A DNA stretch of 64,000 nucleotides from Bacteroidota bacterium. Lineage in GTDB: Bacteria > Bacteroidota > Bacteroidia > Chitinophagales > BACL12. Where the stretch lies: NCBI GenBank assembly GCA_029571985.1, contig JAKQVC010000058.1, positions 9,150 to 73,149 on the forward strand. Direction: 5' to 3'. Positions within the stretch are counted from its first letter, which is position 1, and each line of letters begins with the position of its first letter. Of this stretch, positions 9,888 to 19,951 are shown one piece after another. Under the pieces are notes generated by a model, which did not search any database, had not been told where the DNA came from, and saw nothing but the letters and a program-made list of their open reading frames with translations. A program made the position numbers and the translations under genes.

Positions 9888-11426
9888 TTATCCTATTAAT
9901 ATTTCTCCGGTCATTTCCTTAGGTATGGAAAGTCCCATAAGCGTTAAAATAGTCGGCGCAATATCACCAAGCTTGCCATCCCGGATATGCGTAAACTGAG
10001 GCTGATGATCTATATAAAATACCGGAACCGGATTTGTGCTGTGTTGGGTATTAGGCGTGCCATCAGGATTAATCTCTACATCCGAATTTCCGTGATCGGC
10101 TGTTAATATAATGGCATATCCTTTTGCAAGCGCAGCATCAACCACCTCTCCAACGTAAGTATCAACAGCTTCGCAAGCACGCATGGCTGCTGAAAAAACA
10201 CCGGTATGTCCAACCATATCTGCGTTCGCAAAATTCAAACAAATAAAATCCGGTGTTTCCTGATTAATCGCATCAATAATGGCATCCTTGACACCAAATG
10301 CGCTCATCTCCGGTTGTAAATCGTAGGTAGCCACTTTTGGAGAATCCAACATGATTCGTCGCTCTCCTGAAAATACGCGCTCTCTTCCACCGCTAAAGAA
10401 AAAAGTAACGTGCGGATATTTTTCAGTTTCCGCAATGCGAATTTGTGTTTTCCCATTTGCTTCCAGTACCTCGCCGAGTGTATTTGTCAGGTCATCAGAT
10501 TCAAAAATGACCTGCACGTCTTTAAACGTTTGATCATAGCGTGTCATCGTTACATAATGTAACTGTAGAGGTTGCATGTGTTGCTCAGCGAAGGCTTCCT
10601 GAGTGAGCGCCCGCGTTATCTGCCTGCAACGGTCAGTTCTGAAGTTGAAACAAATAACAATATCTCCATCTGCAATCGTTGCTAACGGTGAGCCTTGTGC
10701 ATCTGTAACAACAATGGGTTTAATGAATTCATCCGTAACCTGTTCTGCATAACTTGCTTCCATAGCAGCAACCGGGTCTGTTACCGGCTTTCCTTTTCCC
10801 TGCACCAATAATTCATAAGCAAGTTGAATGCGCTCCCATCTTTTATCTCTATCCATGGCATAATAACGCCCGCAAATACTTGCAATCCGGCCACCACTTG
10901 TTTGTAAATGTTGTTGCAGCTGTTGTATAAATCCGAGTCCGCTTTTTGGGTCACAATCCCGACCGTCTGTAAAGGCGTGAATAAACAGTTGTTCTGCCGG
11001 AACCCCTTGTTCTGTTGCCAAATCGCACAGTGCGGTCAGATGTTTAATATGTGAGTGCACACCTCCATCACTCACCAAACCCATCAGGTGCAATTTTTTA
11101 CCGCTTGTTTTAGCGCGTTGTAAAGCATCTAATAAAACAGCATTGCGTGCAAATTCACCGGAGCGTATGGCCACAAAAATGCGTTGTAATTCCTGGTAAA
11201 CGATTCTCCCGGCGCCTAAATTCAGGTGTCCTACTTCGCTGTTGCCCATTTGTCCTTCGGGGAGGCCCACAAATTCGCCGTCCGTGCGCAATTCGGCATT
11301 GGGGTAGCGTAAGTAATAACTATCAACATTTGGCGTACGAGCCTGAGCTATGGCACTGGCAGCGGCATTTTGACCATGACCCCAGCCATCCATAATGATT
11401 AACATCGCTTTCTTGGTTGCACTCAT
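9888..11426 (-). CDS. gpmI: 2,3-bisphosphoglycerate-independent phosphoglycerate mutase
   Basis: Full-length match by eye to iPGM: LIIMDGWG, GNSEVGH.NLGAGR, HLMGLVSDGGVHSH, TADHGN. Confidence 0.95.
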   Translation of the reverse strand: MSATKKAMLIIMDGWGHGQNAAASAIAQARTPNVDSYYLRYPNAELRTDGEFVGLPEGQMGNSEVGHLNLGAGRIVYQELQRIFVAIRSGEFARNAVLLDALQRAKTSGKKLHLMGLVSDGGVHSHIKHLTALCDLATEQGVPAEQLFIHAFTDGRDCDPKSGLGFIQQLQQHLQTSGGRIASICGRYYAMDRDKRWERIQLAYELLVQGKGKPVTDPVAAMEASYAEQVTDEFIKPIVVTDAQGSPLATIADGDIVICFNFRTDRCRQITRALTQEAFAEQHMQPLQLHYVTMTRYDQTFKDVQVIFESDDLTNTLGEVLEANGKTQIRIAETEKYPHVTFFFSGGRERVFSGERRIMLDSPKVATYDLQPEMSAFGVKDAIIDAINQETPDFICLNFANADMVGHTGVFSAAMRACEAVDTYVGEVVDAALAKGYAIILTADHGNSDVEINPDGTPNTQHSTNPVPVFYIDHQPQFTHIRDGKLGDIAPTILTLMGLSIPKEMTGEILIG

Positions 11427-11670
11427 ACTGCAAAGTTACGGCGCAGCCAATTTGTGAGCCCGTATGTGCACAAATATTCTCGAATGCCGGTTGCCGATGG
11501 TGGTCAGACCTGCAAATCCAAGTGATAGGCCGGCTGTTTTTAGGACCGGATGGCCGGTTATCAGATAGGGGAAAAAGCAGATGTGATTAAGTTTTAAGGG
11601 CTGTTCTTGAAAAAACACTAATTTTGGTATGGTTTTCGCATTTACTTCAGCATTGACCAAATTTGCAACC

Positions 11671-12072
11671 ATGTTACAGCATTCTAAATTGAAACTGTTT
11701 ACCACCTTTCTGGTAGTTCCGTTTCTCATTTTTGCCACGGTAGTCGACGACCTCGACAGCATTGCCTCTGCTATCAAAGCAGGCGACAGCAAGGTTTTAG
11801 CTACCTATTTCGATAATACCGTTGAGGTTAAAATCGGCAATAAAGAAGGCGCTTACAGCAAAAGTCAGGCTGAGGCCATTGTAAAAGACTTCTTTACCAA
11901 AAACAAGCCAAAAAGCTTCAGCTTCAAACACAACGGCCCTTCCGGTGGAAATAACGCACATTACGCTATCGGCTCATTGGTTACTGATAAAGGGAATTTT
12001 CGCACGTATGTGTATTTGAAGAAGAAGGACGATAAATTCTATATTCAGGAATTGAGCTTCGAAAATGAATAA
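11671..12072 (+). CDS. DUF4783-like small secreted protein
   Basis: Signal peptide from the ATG at 11671, then IASAIKAGDSKVLATYFDNTVEV...AEAIVKDFF. It lies directly upstream of and overlapping nadC, as is commonly seen in Bacteroidota. The start is uncertain (the listed ORF begins at 11629). Confidence 0.6.
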   Translation: MLQHSKLKLFTTFLVVPFLIFATVVDDLDSIASAIKAGDSKVLATYFDNTVEVKIGNKEGAYSKSQAEAIVKDFFTKNKPKSFSFKHNGPSGGNNAHYAIGSLVTDKGNFRTYVYLKKKDDKFYIQELSFENE

Positions 12073-12931
12073 TGTGCAGATTTGGGAATTAATGGATGTT
12101 TTAGATGAGGCACTCATCGAAGATATTCAGGAAGGTGATCATACCACCCTGGCAACCATCGACCACGATGCCCTGGGAACAGCAAAATTGCTGGTGAAAG
12201 AGCAAGGCATTTTAGCCGGCGTCGAATTAGCAGAACATATTTTAAAACATGTCAACCCAGAACTTGAGGTTGACATTTTCATTCCGGATGGTGCACGCGT
12301 AGAACCCGGAGACGTTGCTTTTCATGTGCATGGTCGCGTGCAGGCACTTCTTGTGGCAGAGCGCACGATGCTCAATTTTATGCAACGGATGAGTGGTATA
12401 GCCACCACCACCAATGCATTTGTGCAGATGGTTCGCCATACCAATGCTAAAATATTAGATACACGTAAAACTACACCCGGACTTCGCGCATTTGAGAAGT
12501 GGGCAGTACGGATTGGTGGCGGTCATAACCATCGTTTTGGTTTATACGATATGATTCTGATTAAAGACAATCATATTGACTTCTGCGGTGGCATAGAAGC
12601 GGCGGTAAATCGTGTCTTGCAATACTTACATGATAATGCTCTTGATCTCCGAATAGAGGTTGAAACGCGCAACCTGGAAGATGTTCAACATGTACTCAAA
12701 ACGGGTAGGGTGCACAGGATTATGTTTGATAACTTTCCGGTAGAGATGCTGCGCGATGGGGTTGCCTTGGTTGATGGCCGCATGGAAACCGAAGCCTCGG
12801 GCGGTGTCAACATCGACACAGTTAAGACCATTGCTGAAACCGGTGTAGATTTTATCTCCGTAGGGGCCCTTACCCATTCCGTTAAAAGCCTCGACCTGAG
12901 TTTTAAGGCTGTGATCGGCGAGAACCGTTAA
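12065..12931 (+). CDS. nadC: nicotinate-nucleotide pyrophosphorylase (carboxylating)
   Basis: AERTMLNFMQRMSGIAT, DTRKTTPGLR, HR.GLYD.ILIKDNH motifs. Confidence 0.9.
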   Translation: MNNVQIWELMDVLDEALIEDIQEGDHTTLATIDHDALGTAKLLVKEQGILAGVELAEHILKHVNPELEVDIFIPDGARVEPGDVAFHVHGRVQALLVAERTMLNFMQRMSGIATTTNAFVQMVRHTNAKILDTRKTTPGLRAFEKWAVRIGGGHNHRFGLYDMILIKDNHIDFCGGIEAAVNRVLQYLHDNALDLRIEVETRNLEDVQHVLKTGRVHRIMFDNFPVEMLRDGVALVDGRMETEASGGVNIDTVKTIAETGVDFISVGALTHSVKSLDLSFKAVIGENR

Positions 12932-12983
12932 ACGATGTGAAAGTTCCGCCCCCGGCAGTCTGATTTCGTATCTTTGCCTACAG

Positions 12984-14915
12984 ATGCAAATCAAGGATCA
13001 ACTGTTACACATTGAATTATTGCTCAAGCGACTGGGTATCGTGTTGATGCTGTATTCCGTTTGCCGTATTCTGTTTTTTCTGTTTAATAAAGAGTTTTTT
13101 CCCCATATCCCCCCGGGAGAATTTGGTATGCTCATGCTCTACGGGATACGTTTTGATATTGCCAGTATTATTTATGTCAATATCATTTTCATCCTCCTGC
13201 ACCTCATTCCAAACCCCTGGTTCGATAAAACCGGGTATCAGCGATTACTGAAAATATTGTTTTATACCTTCAATGGTATAGCCTTGTTATTAGAAAGTGG
13301 CGACTGGATTTATTATGAATATGGTCTGAAACGCACTTCTACTCATGAACTTGGTCTTACAGGTGATACGAATATCCTCCCGCAGGTTATCCGGGATTAT
13401 TGGAGTATTTTTCTCATTGCCTTTGTATTGATTTTAGGTGTTGAATACTTGTATAGAAAAACAGAATTGCATCGCATAAAAAAAATCCATATTCACGCAC
13501 CTCGGTTTATTCACTATCCCTATCAGATTATTATCATGGTCGTGCTCCTCACATTTGGTGTAATAGGAGCAAGAGGTAGCATGCAGGAGCCACTTTCACC
13601 TGAACGCGCAACTGATTATGTAGATGATGGTCGACTTACATCGCTGATTATCAATACACCTTTTTCAGTAATTTATGCTTTTGGTCACCGCCAGCTGATT
13701 GAACCAACCTATTTCAACGAAGAGGATCTGAAGAAGCAGTTCTCCATATATTACGATAATGCCAACTTTTATAAAATGCCGGACAGTTTGCTTAAAACTG
13801 GCGTAAAGCAAAATGTGTGTATTATCGTTCTGGAAAGTTTCTCTAAAGAATACATCGGTTTTTTTAATCAGGGAAAGGGCTATACACCTTTTCTCGATTC
13901 ATTGATGGGAGAGGGGATGACTTTTACAAATGCCTATAGCAATGGCAAGTCATCTAATCAGGGAATTGTTGCAGTTACTACCGGTATTCCTGTATTAATG
14001 GAAGAACCTTTTATTTCCAGTATCTATCAAAACAATGCATTTGAAGGTGTTGGTACCTTATTGAATCGCGTTGGATATAGCAGCTATTTTTTCCATGGGG
14101 CCAATAATGGTTCTATGCAGTTCGACAGATTTATGAAGCAGGCTGGCGTTACCGGTTATTTCGGAAGAAATGAATATGGTAATGACGCTGATTTTGATGG
14201 TAACTGGGGCATTTTTGATGAGCCTTTTTTAAAATGGACTGCCAATAAAATGTCAACTTTACCGGCGCCGTTTTATACTGAGATATTTACTATTAGTTCG
14301 CACCACCCATTTACTGTACCTGAGCAGCATATTGGCCAATTTCCCAAAGGGCCAATTCCAATGTTGGAAGTTGTTGGATACGCGGATTATGCGCTTCGAC
14401 AATTTTTTGCGGAAGCTCAAAAGCAACCTTGGTACGATAATACCTTATTTATCCTGACCGCCGACCACCCTGGACCACCTTTGCCGGAACATGAATTTTA
14501 TCAGGAGCAGGTGGGGGCTCACTCAACCTGGTTGCTGATGTACCGACCTGATGGTGAATTTAAAGGCATCAATGATATGGTGGTGCAACAGTCGGATTTA
14601 TTACCAACGGTTTTAGATTATGTTGGGTATAAAGGTAAATTCACAGCATTTGGTAATTCTGTTTTTGACACAACAGCAACGCGTTTCGCCTATAATTACC
14701 ACGCCTCTGATTATGTATTAATTAATCAGGATTTTGCCCTTATTTATAATGGAGGCAGAACAGTAGGGTTATATGAATATCAGTCTGATAGTTCACTCAC
14801 TTATAATAAAATGCAGGATTATCCGGATGTGACGAATATGATGCAGGATAAAATTCAGGCCATCATTCAAACGCATCACCATGCGATGATTTACGATAAA
14901 CTGGTTAACGAGTGA
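12984..14915 (+). CDS. LTA-synthase-family (sulfatase/alkaline-phosphatase superfamily) membrane phosphotransferase
   Basis: N-terminal 5-TM region plus an extracellular sulfatase-like domain (IIVLESFS, SNG.SSNQG, TADHP). Confidence 0.8.
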   Translation: MQIKDQLLHIELLLKRLGIVLMLYSVCRILFFLFNKEFFPHIPPGEFGMLMLYGIRFDIASIIYVNIIFILLHLIPNPWFDKTGYQRLLKILFYTFNGIALLLESGDWIYYEYGLKRTSTHELGLTGDTNILPQVIRDYWSIFLIAFVLILGVEYLYRKTELHRIKKIHIHAPRFIHYPYQIIIMVVLLTFGVIGARGSMQEPLSPERATDYVDDGRLTSLIINTPFSVIYAFGHRQLIEPTYFNEEDLKKQFSIYYDNANFYKMPDSLLKTGVKQNVCIIVLESFSKEYIGFFNQGKGYTPFLDSLMGEGMTFTNAYSNGKSSNQGIVAVTTGIPVLMEEPFISSIYQNNAFEGVGTLLNRVGYSSYFFHGANNGSMQFDRFMKQAGVTGYFGRNEYGNDADFDGNWGIFDEPFLKWTANKMSTLPAPFYTEIFTISSHHPFTVPEQHIGQFPKGPIPMLEVVGYADYALRQFFAEAQKQPWYDNTLFILTADHPGPPLPEHEFYQEQVGAHSTWLLMYRPDGEFKGINDMVVQQSDLLPTVLDYVGYKGKFTAFGNSVFDTTATRFAYNYHASDYVLINQDFALIYNGGRTVGLYEYQSDSSLTYNKMQDYPDVTNMMQDKIQAIIQTHHHAMIYDKLVNE

Positions 14916-15799
14916 AGAAGCGAATTTTGTTTATCATAAACCCGATTGCGGGTGTTAAACGAAAAGACCGCATCCCCAGATTAATTGATAAATATCTGGA
15001 TCACGCGCATTTTGATTACGATATCATTTATACGGAACATCGCGGACATGCTACTGAATTAGCGAAGCATGCTGCTCAACAAGGTGTTGATGTGGTAGCT
15101 GTTGCAGGTGGTGATGGCAGTGTTAATGAAGTAGCAACAGGTTTAGTGGGAACACAAACTGCCTTAGCTATCATACCAAGCGGCAGCGGTAACGGACTTG
15201 CACGTCATTTAGGTTATTCTATTAATATTCGGTCAACACTGCACATCATTAATGATTACTATGTAAGTAGAATAGACGTGTGTAAAGTAAATGACCAATA
15301 TTTTTTTAGTTTGATGGGTATTGGTTTTGACGCCTTTGTTGCAAAGGTGTTCAGCAGAGAAGAAACACGGGGTTTTTTGACATATGCCTGGAGCGCTATT
15401 CGCAGTGTATCTGCATACGAGCCATTTCAATATTCAGCCTGCATCGATAATCGCGAGATAAAGGGAAAGGCTTTTATGATAAACGTGTGTAATTCAAATC
15501 AGTACGGTTATAACGTAAAGGTTGCTCCGCATGCCAGCTTACAGGACGGGATGCTGGATATTGTTGTGTTGGAAGATATTCCGAAATGGAAAGTGCCGTT
15601 TGCCGTATTGCAGGTGTTTACACGCACCCATATGAAGGCAAAACATTTTACCATTTATCGCGCAGCAGAGGTGAATATACAAACCCCCGTATATGCACAC
15701 TTGCAAATTGATGGCGAAACAGCAGTCAAAGACAAGGATTTTCATATTGAAATATTGCCAAAAGCCTTATCTGTCCTCATGCATCAAAATGTAAATTGA
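14912..15799 (+). CDS. diacylglycerol-kinase-family lipid kinase (YegS/BmrU type)
   Basis: IINP.AG, VAVAGGDGSVNEV and IPSGSGNGLAR motifs. The GTG start overlaps the upstream stop (GTGA). Confidence 0.85.
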   Translation: MKKRILFIINPIAGVKRKDRIPRLIDKYLDHAHFDYDIIYTEHRGHATELAKHAAQQGVDVVAVAGGDGSVNEVATGLVGTQTALAIIPSGSGNGLARHLGYSINIRSTLHIINDYYVSRIDVCKVNDQYFFSLMGIGFDAFVAKVFSREETRGFLTYAWSAIRSVSAYEPFQYSACIDNREIKGKAFMINVCNSNQYGYNVKVAPHASLQDGMLDIVVLEDIPKWKVPFAVLQVFTRTHMKAKHFTIYRAAEVNIQTPVYAHLQIDGETAVKDKDFHIEILPKALSVLMHQNVN

Positions 15800-15800
15800 C

Positions 15801-16151
15801 ATGGCGAAGAAAAAAATGAATCTCAGCGATTTGTCCGGATTAGTATATAGCACTGATCCGAATTTTCAGTTGCCCCAAAATGATGAGCAAGAACAAACAG
15901 TTTCTCCTGCAGAGCAAAATTTACGTATCTGGTTAGAAAAAAACCATCGTGGAGGAAAAACAGCAACAGTTATTAAAAACTTTGAAGGTTCTGACACTGA
16001 TCTGGAAGCCTTATGTAAGATTCTGAAATCAAAATTAGGCACCGGCGGTAGTGCGAAGGATGGCGAAATCATCATTCAGGGTGACCATCGCCAAAAAATT
16101 GGAACTATCCTGACCGGATTAGGATATAAATTTAAATTGGCGGGTGGCTAA
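15801..16151 (+). CDS. SUI1/YciH-family translation initiation factor
   Basis: 116 aa. R.E...RGGK..T.I.....D...L.K.LK...G.GG..KDGEI.IQGDHR is typical of SUI1. Confidence 0.85.
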   Translation: MAKKKMNLSDLSGLVYSTDPNFQLPQNDEQEQTVSPAEQNLRIWLEKNHRGGKTATVIKNFEGSDTDLEALCKILKSKLGTGGSAKDGEIIIQGDHRQKIGTILTGLGYKFKLAGG

Positions 16152-16490
16152 TCAGGCAATACGTAATCCGTTTTCAACTGATTGTGTAGGCTGTAACAGT
16201 ACAATATCTCCATTACTCTCAACTGCACCAAGAACTAAACACTCGCTGAAGAAATTGGCAATTTGCTTTACGGGAAAATTTACCACAGCTACAATTTGTT
16301 TGCCGATTAATTGCTCTGGTGTATAGTGAGCTGTAATCTGTGCACTTGATTTCCGGATACCCAAAGCGCCAAAATCAATTTCTAATTGATACGCCGGTTT
16401 TCTGGCCTTCTCAAATACCTGTGCGTGTATAATGGTTCCGGTTCTGATATCTACACGCAGAAAATCATCGAATGTAATGTGATCGCTCAT
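16152..16490 (-). CDS. tRNA-binding (EMAP/CsaA-type) protein
   Basis: F..VDIR.G.I......ARKPAY.L.IDFG and SSAQIT motifs of the CsaA family; 112 aa. Confidence 0.85.
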   Translation of the reverse strand: MSDHITFDDFLRVDIRTGTIIHAQVFEKARKPAYQLEIDFGALGIRKSSAQITAHYTPEQLIGKQIVAVVNFPVKQIANFFSECLVLGAVESNGDIVLLQPTQSVENGLRIA

Positions 16491-16541
16491 CTGATGTACG
16501 TTTTGCCTGGTGTCAAATATCTGTAATTAATGTCAGATGTG

Positions 16542-17771
16542 TTACCGGGTTTTAAAAAATGGCCACGTTTGATGCTGGGATGAAGTACTGGCTTGTAACA
16601 AATACATGCCTGAAACTAAATGGGTAAGGTCAAGCTGGTAAGTGCACGACCCATCAACCACATAGCTGGTTGTGAATTGGGTTACCTCTCGACCCTGCAC
16701 GTCAAAAATGCGAAATGTTGGAGGGTATGCATAAGATTGCATAGTGATTACATGGAGTGTTTGTGTTGCAGGATTTGGATACACTTGCATAATTATTGTA
16801 TCGGAAATGCGCGGCGGATCTGGTGCATCGTAATAGCACAATCCACCGTATGTGCCAACATATACTCTGTTTGAAGCATCAATATATAAGGCATCTGCCG
16901 TATTATGTGAGATATCACTTTGTTGCGTATAGAACTGCGTCCAGTTATTTGCACTATCGGCGCGAACTGTTCCTTCATGTGAAATAATCCAAAACGTATC
17001 GTCACTGTCAAAGGCCATGCCATTCACCAATACAGAAGTTAAAGGCGCTGTATAAAGTGTGTAAACAAACAGCCAGTCGTCGAGCGCGATTTTATAGGTA
17101 TTAATACCTGCATTATTGGAAACATAAAGTGTTCCGAATGCGTCTTCGGTAATAGCACGCGTCCAATTGTCGTTGATACCCGAATTGAGGAAATTATAAT
17201 TATCAGCTGCACCTGCAACAAATTTGGTAATGCCATTATATCTGGTGCCTATCCATAATGTGCCATCTGCACTTCGGTGTAAACAATTGATATGTGTTGC
17301 CTGAATCTGGTCGGTAATAGAATCGTACACTATCCAGGTATTTGACTGAAAGTATCTGGCTAATCCTTTATTTGTTGCCAGCCAGATACTGCTATCAGTT
17401 GGCTCAACAACAATATCTCTGATGATATTGCCGGGGATATCACTATTTGATGTATCAAAATTCGTCCAATTACTTCCATCAAATACATATAATCCGTCTG
17501 TATAGGAACCGGCGTATATTTTTCCGAATGCGCATTCTATAGATCTGAAATCTGTCGTTTCAATTTCGCTGTTCGTGCTGTCGTAGGTGCTTGTCTCGCC
17601 TGTTGATGGATTAAAAGATTTAATGCCATCATGTTCTGTAGCAATCCAGATATGCGTGCCATCTCCCGACAGGCCTAAAACCGTATCCCTTATCCCCGTT
17701 TGTATCCAGGTGGCTTGAGCATGCGAAAATTTACATATGCAAAAACTTAAAACGAACAGCAGGGTGCGCAT
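16542..17771 (-). CDS. secreted beta-propeller repeat protein with a T9SS type A C-terminal sorting domain
   Basis: Signal peptide and repeated W.GT..G blades (two-component-regulator-propeller-like). The C-terminal is VYPNPATQTLHV...YLLQ. Confidence 0.7.
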   Translation of the reverse strand: MRTLLFVLSFCICKFSHAQATWIQTGIRDTVLGLSGDGTHIWIATEHDGIKSFNPSTGETSTYDSTNSEIETTDFRSIECAFGKIYAGSYTDGLYVFDGSNWTNFDTSNSDIPGNIIRDIVVEPTDSSIWLATNKGLARYFQSNTWIVYDSITDQIQATHINCLHRSADGTLWIGTRYNGITKFVAGAADNYNFLNSGINDNWTRAITEDAFGTLYVSNNAGINTYKIALDDWLFVYTLYTAPLTSVLVNGMAFDSDDTFWIISHEGTVRADSANNWTQFYTQQSDISHNTADALYIDASNRVYVGTYGGLCYYDAPDPPRISDTIIMQVYPNPATQTLHVITMQSYAYPPTFRIFDVQGREVTQFTTSYVVDGSCTYQLDLTHLVSGMYLLQASTSSQHQTWPFFKTR

Positions 17772-17874
17772 AGGTGTATACTCAACGAAGCATATTCCGG
17801 GTTATTGCCTCGTGTGTGCTATTTTATGACAAATAAATACAAAAAAAACGAATTGGTGCTTAACTTTACCACAT

Positions 17875-19698
17875 ATGAGAATCTTGTTGAAACTCCTTGT
17901 ATTATTGGGTTGTGGATTGACGTATCCTGCAATTGTTTCTGCTCAGTTCACGTTGAATGGCGATGCAACTGCCTTGGGTGGCGACTGCTATCAGCTCACG
18001 AATGAAACAACGTTTAGTGCGGGTTCTATATGGTATGATTCTTTAATTAATCTTGAATACGATTTCGAAATTCATTTCACGATGAATTTGGGTGATTTAG
18101 ATGCCACCGGTGCTGATGGTTTGTATTTTGTTTTACAACCGGTTGGCACAGGTTTAGGCGCTGCCGGTGGAGGTATGGGTTATGAGGGTATTGTGCCTAG
18201 TCTGGGCGTTGAATTTGATACTTATCAGAATGGCGACTATAGTGATCCTGCTTATGATCATGTGGCTATTCAATATAATGGTGTTCTGGATCATGCTTCT
18301 ATATATAATCTGGATGGTCCCGTGCAAATCATTGATGGAACAGCGAATGCTGAAGATGGAAGTTATCACGATGTGCGAATTACCTGGGATGCAGATATGG
18401 GGCAATTTGCGGTTTATGTCGATTGCGAATATCGCGTTGGATTTATTACGGAAGTATTTGATGTGATGCTGGCCGTTTTTGGCGATGATCCGGAGGTGTA
18501 TTTTGGATTTACCGGCGGAACAGGTTCTTTGTATAATAATCAGGTTATATGTTTTTCTTACACATCAGAACTGGATGCATTGGAAGATGTTACGGTTTGT
18601 CCGGGTGATAGCGTACAACTTGAATTGGCAGAGGGGTTTGTTACTTATGCATGGTCGCCTGAAGAGGGTTTAAGCAATCCGGATATTTCCAATCCCTGGG
18701 CTTCACCTGAGGTGAATACCACATACACAGTGGTTATGACAGATGCCTGTGGTTTTGAAACCTATGATACCGTTAATGTATTGATTCAAACGCCGGAATT
18801 TGTTGATCTGGGACCGGATTTAACTTTATGCGATGGTCAATTATGGACATTTAATGTGATGACACCGGGGGCAACATATGCGTGGTCTGATGGTTCTACA
18901 TTGCCAACACTAACCATTGACGAACCGGGTATCTATAGTGTAATTGTTACAGATGGCTCCTGTGTTGATGGCGACACAGTTGAAGTGAGTTATGTGCCAG
19001 CACCCGATATAAGTCTGCCGGAAGATACCGTAATCTGCGGACTCGATAATACATACACCATTTCTGTAGAAACTACCGGTGCTACTTATTTGTGGCAGGA
19101 TGGTAGCACAGAACCCACATTTACAGTAACATCCGATGGATTATATTATGTTACGGTAACCGTTGGCGGTTGCACAGATAAAGACACTGTATTAGTTAGC
19201 TATGCGCCGGAACCAAGTTTAGATTTGGGGCCTGATCAGGCATTATGTCCGGGTGCGATTCTTGTGTTGGATGCAGGTAGTGATGTATTCGATTATGAAT
19301 GGCAGGATGGTTCAACCGGTAATTTGTATACGGTTACACAGGCAGGCACTTATACTGTAGAGGTAACCATAAACGGATGTAAAGCTTCAGATGATATCAA
19401 TATTGTAGCCGATTTATGTGTCTGTGAAATTATTGGCCCTAGTGCTTTTTCACCAAATGGCGACCAGATAAATGATTACTTTACACAAATGGATTGCACA
19501 GACCTGACTTCTTACACCTTGCGTATTTATAATCGCTGGGGTACCCTCGTTTATGAAACCTCCGACCTGTTTGGTAAATGGGATGGCACGTATGATGGTG
19601 AAGATTGCGAGGTGGGAACATATGTTTACACCATGTCCTATACACGTCCTGATGGTGTATCAGGACTCACTAAAGGAAATGTAATATTGTTGCGCTGA
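17875..19698 (+). CDS. legume-lectin-like domain protein with repeated Cys-containing beta domains and a T9SS type B C-terminal domain
   Basis: The N-terminal is FTLNGDA......YQLT......GS.W plus GADGL.FVLQP and GVEFDTY.N (lectin legB-like). There are four ~60-aa repeats (C.G....L....G.TY.W.DGST). The terminal is FSPNGDQINDYF...IYNRWG.LVYE...WDG. Confidence 0.75.
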   Translation: MRILLKLLVLLGCGLTYPAIVSAQFTLNGDATALGGDCYQLTNETTFSAGSIWYDSLINLEYDFEIHFTMNLGDLDATGADGLYFVLQPVGTGLGAAGGGMGYEGIVPSLGVEFDTYQNGDYSDPAYDHVAIQYNGVLDHASIYNLDGPVQIIDGTANAEDGSYHDVRITWDADMGQFAVYVDCEYRVGFITEVFDVMLAVFGDDPEVYFGFTGGTGSLYNNQVICFSYTSELDALEDVTVCPGDSVQLELAEGFVTYAWSPEEGLSNPDISNPWASPEVNTTYTVVMTDACGFETYDTVNVLIQTPEFVDLGPDLTLCDGQLWTFNVMTPGATYAWSDGSTLPTLTIDEPGIYSVIVTDGSCVDGDTVEVSYVPAPDISLPEDTVICGLDNTYTISVETTGATYLWQDGSTEPTFTVTSDGLYYVTVTVGGCTDKDTVLVSYAPEPSLDLGPDQALCPGAILVLDAGSDVFDYEWQDGSTGNLYTVTQAGTYTVEVTINGCKASDDINIVADLCVCEIIGPSAFSPNGDQINDYFTQMDCTDLTSYTLRIYNRWGTLVYETSDLFGKWDGTYDGEDCEVGTYVYTMSYTRPDGVSGLTKGNVILLR

Positions 19699-19951
19699 TG
19701 TATACGAGATGTATACGTCTGGCGTTATATATGCAAACGTATTTATTGTAATTGGATAGAGCTGTCACACAGGGTCGTAATGTCTTGTTGTATTTAGTAC
19801 CCATTCCTGTATGAAATAGCCAGAAACCCGGCATACCGTTTTACTTGATTTTATTCGTTGATTAAATTGTTACATTTTCAGATGGTGCATGTGTATAAGT
19901 TGGCATATGTTGCCATTTACACGCGATAAAACTGTAATTTTACTGCCTCGT

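Noticed and set aside
11436-11792. 118-aa minus-strand ORF in the gpmI / DUF4783 divergent region
   Set aside because: It overlaps the start of the DUF4783-like gene on the opposite strand, and I recognised no family motif.
19698-19717. Direct repeat ATGTATACG x2 (11-bp spacing) at the stop codon of the lectin-like gene
   Set aside because: The repeat is short. The self-complementary GTATAC cores give only a weak 6-bp hairpin with no T-run. This is insufficient for a call.
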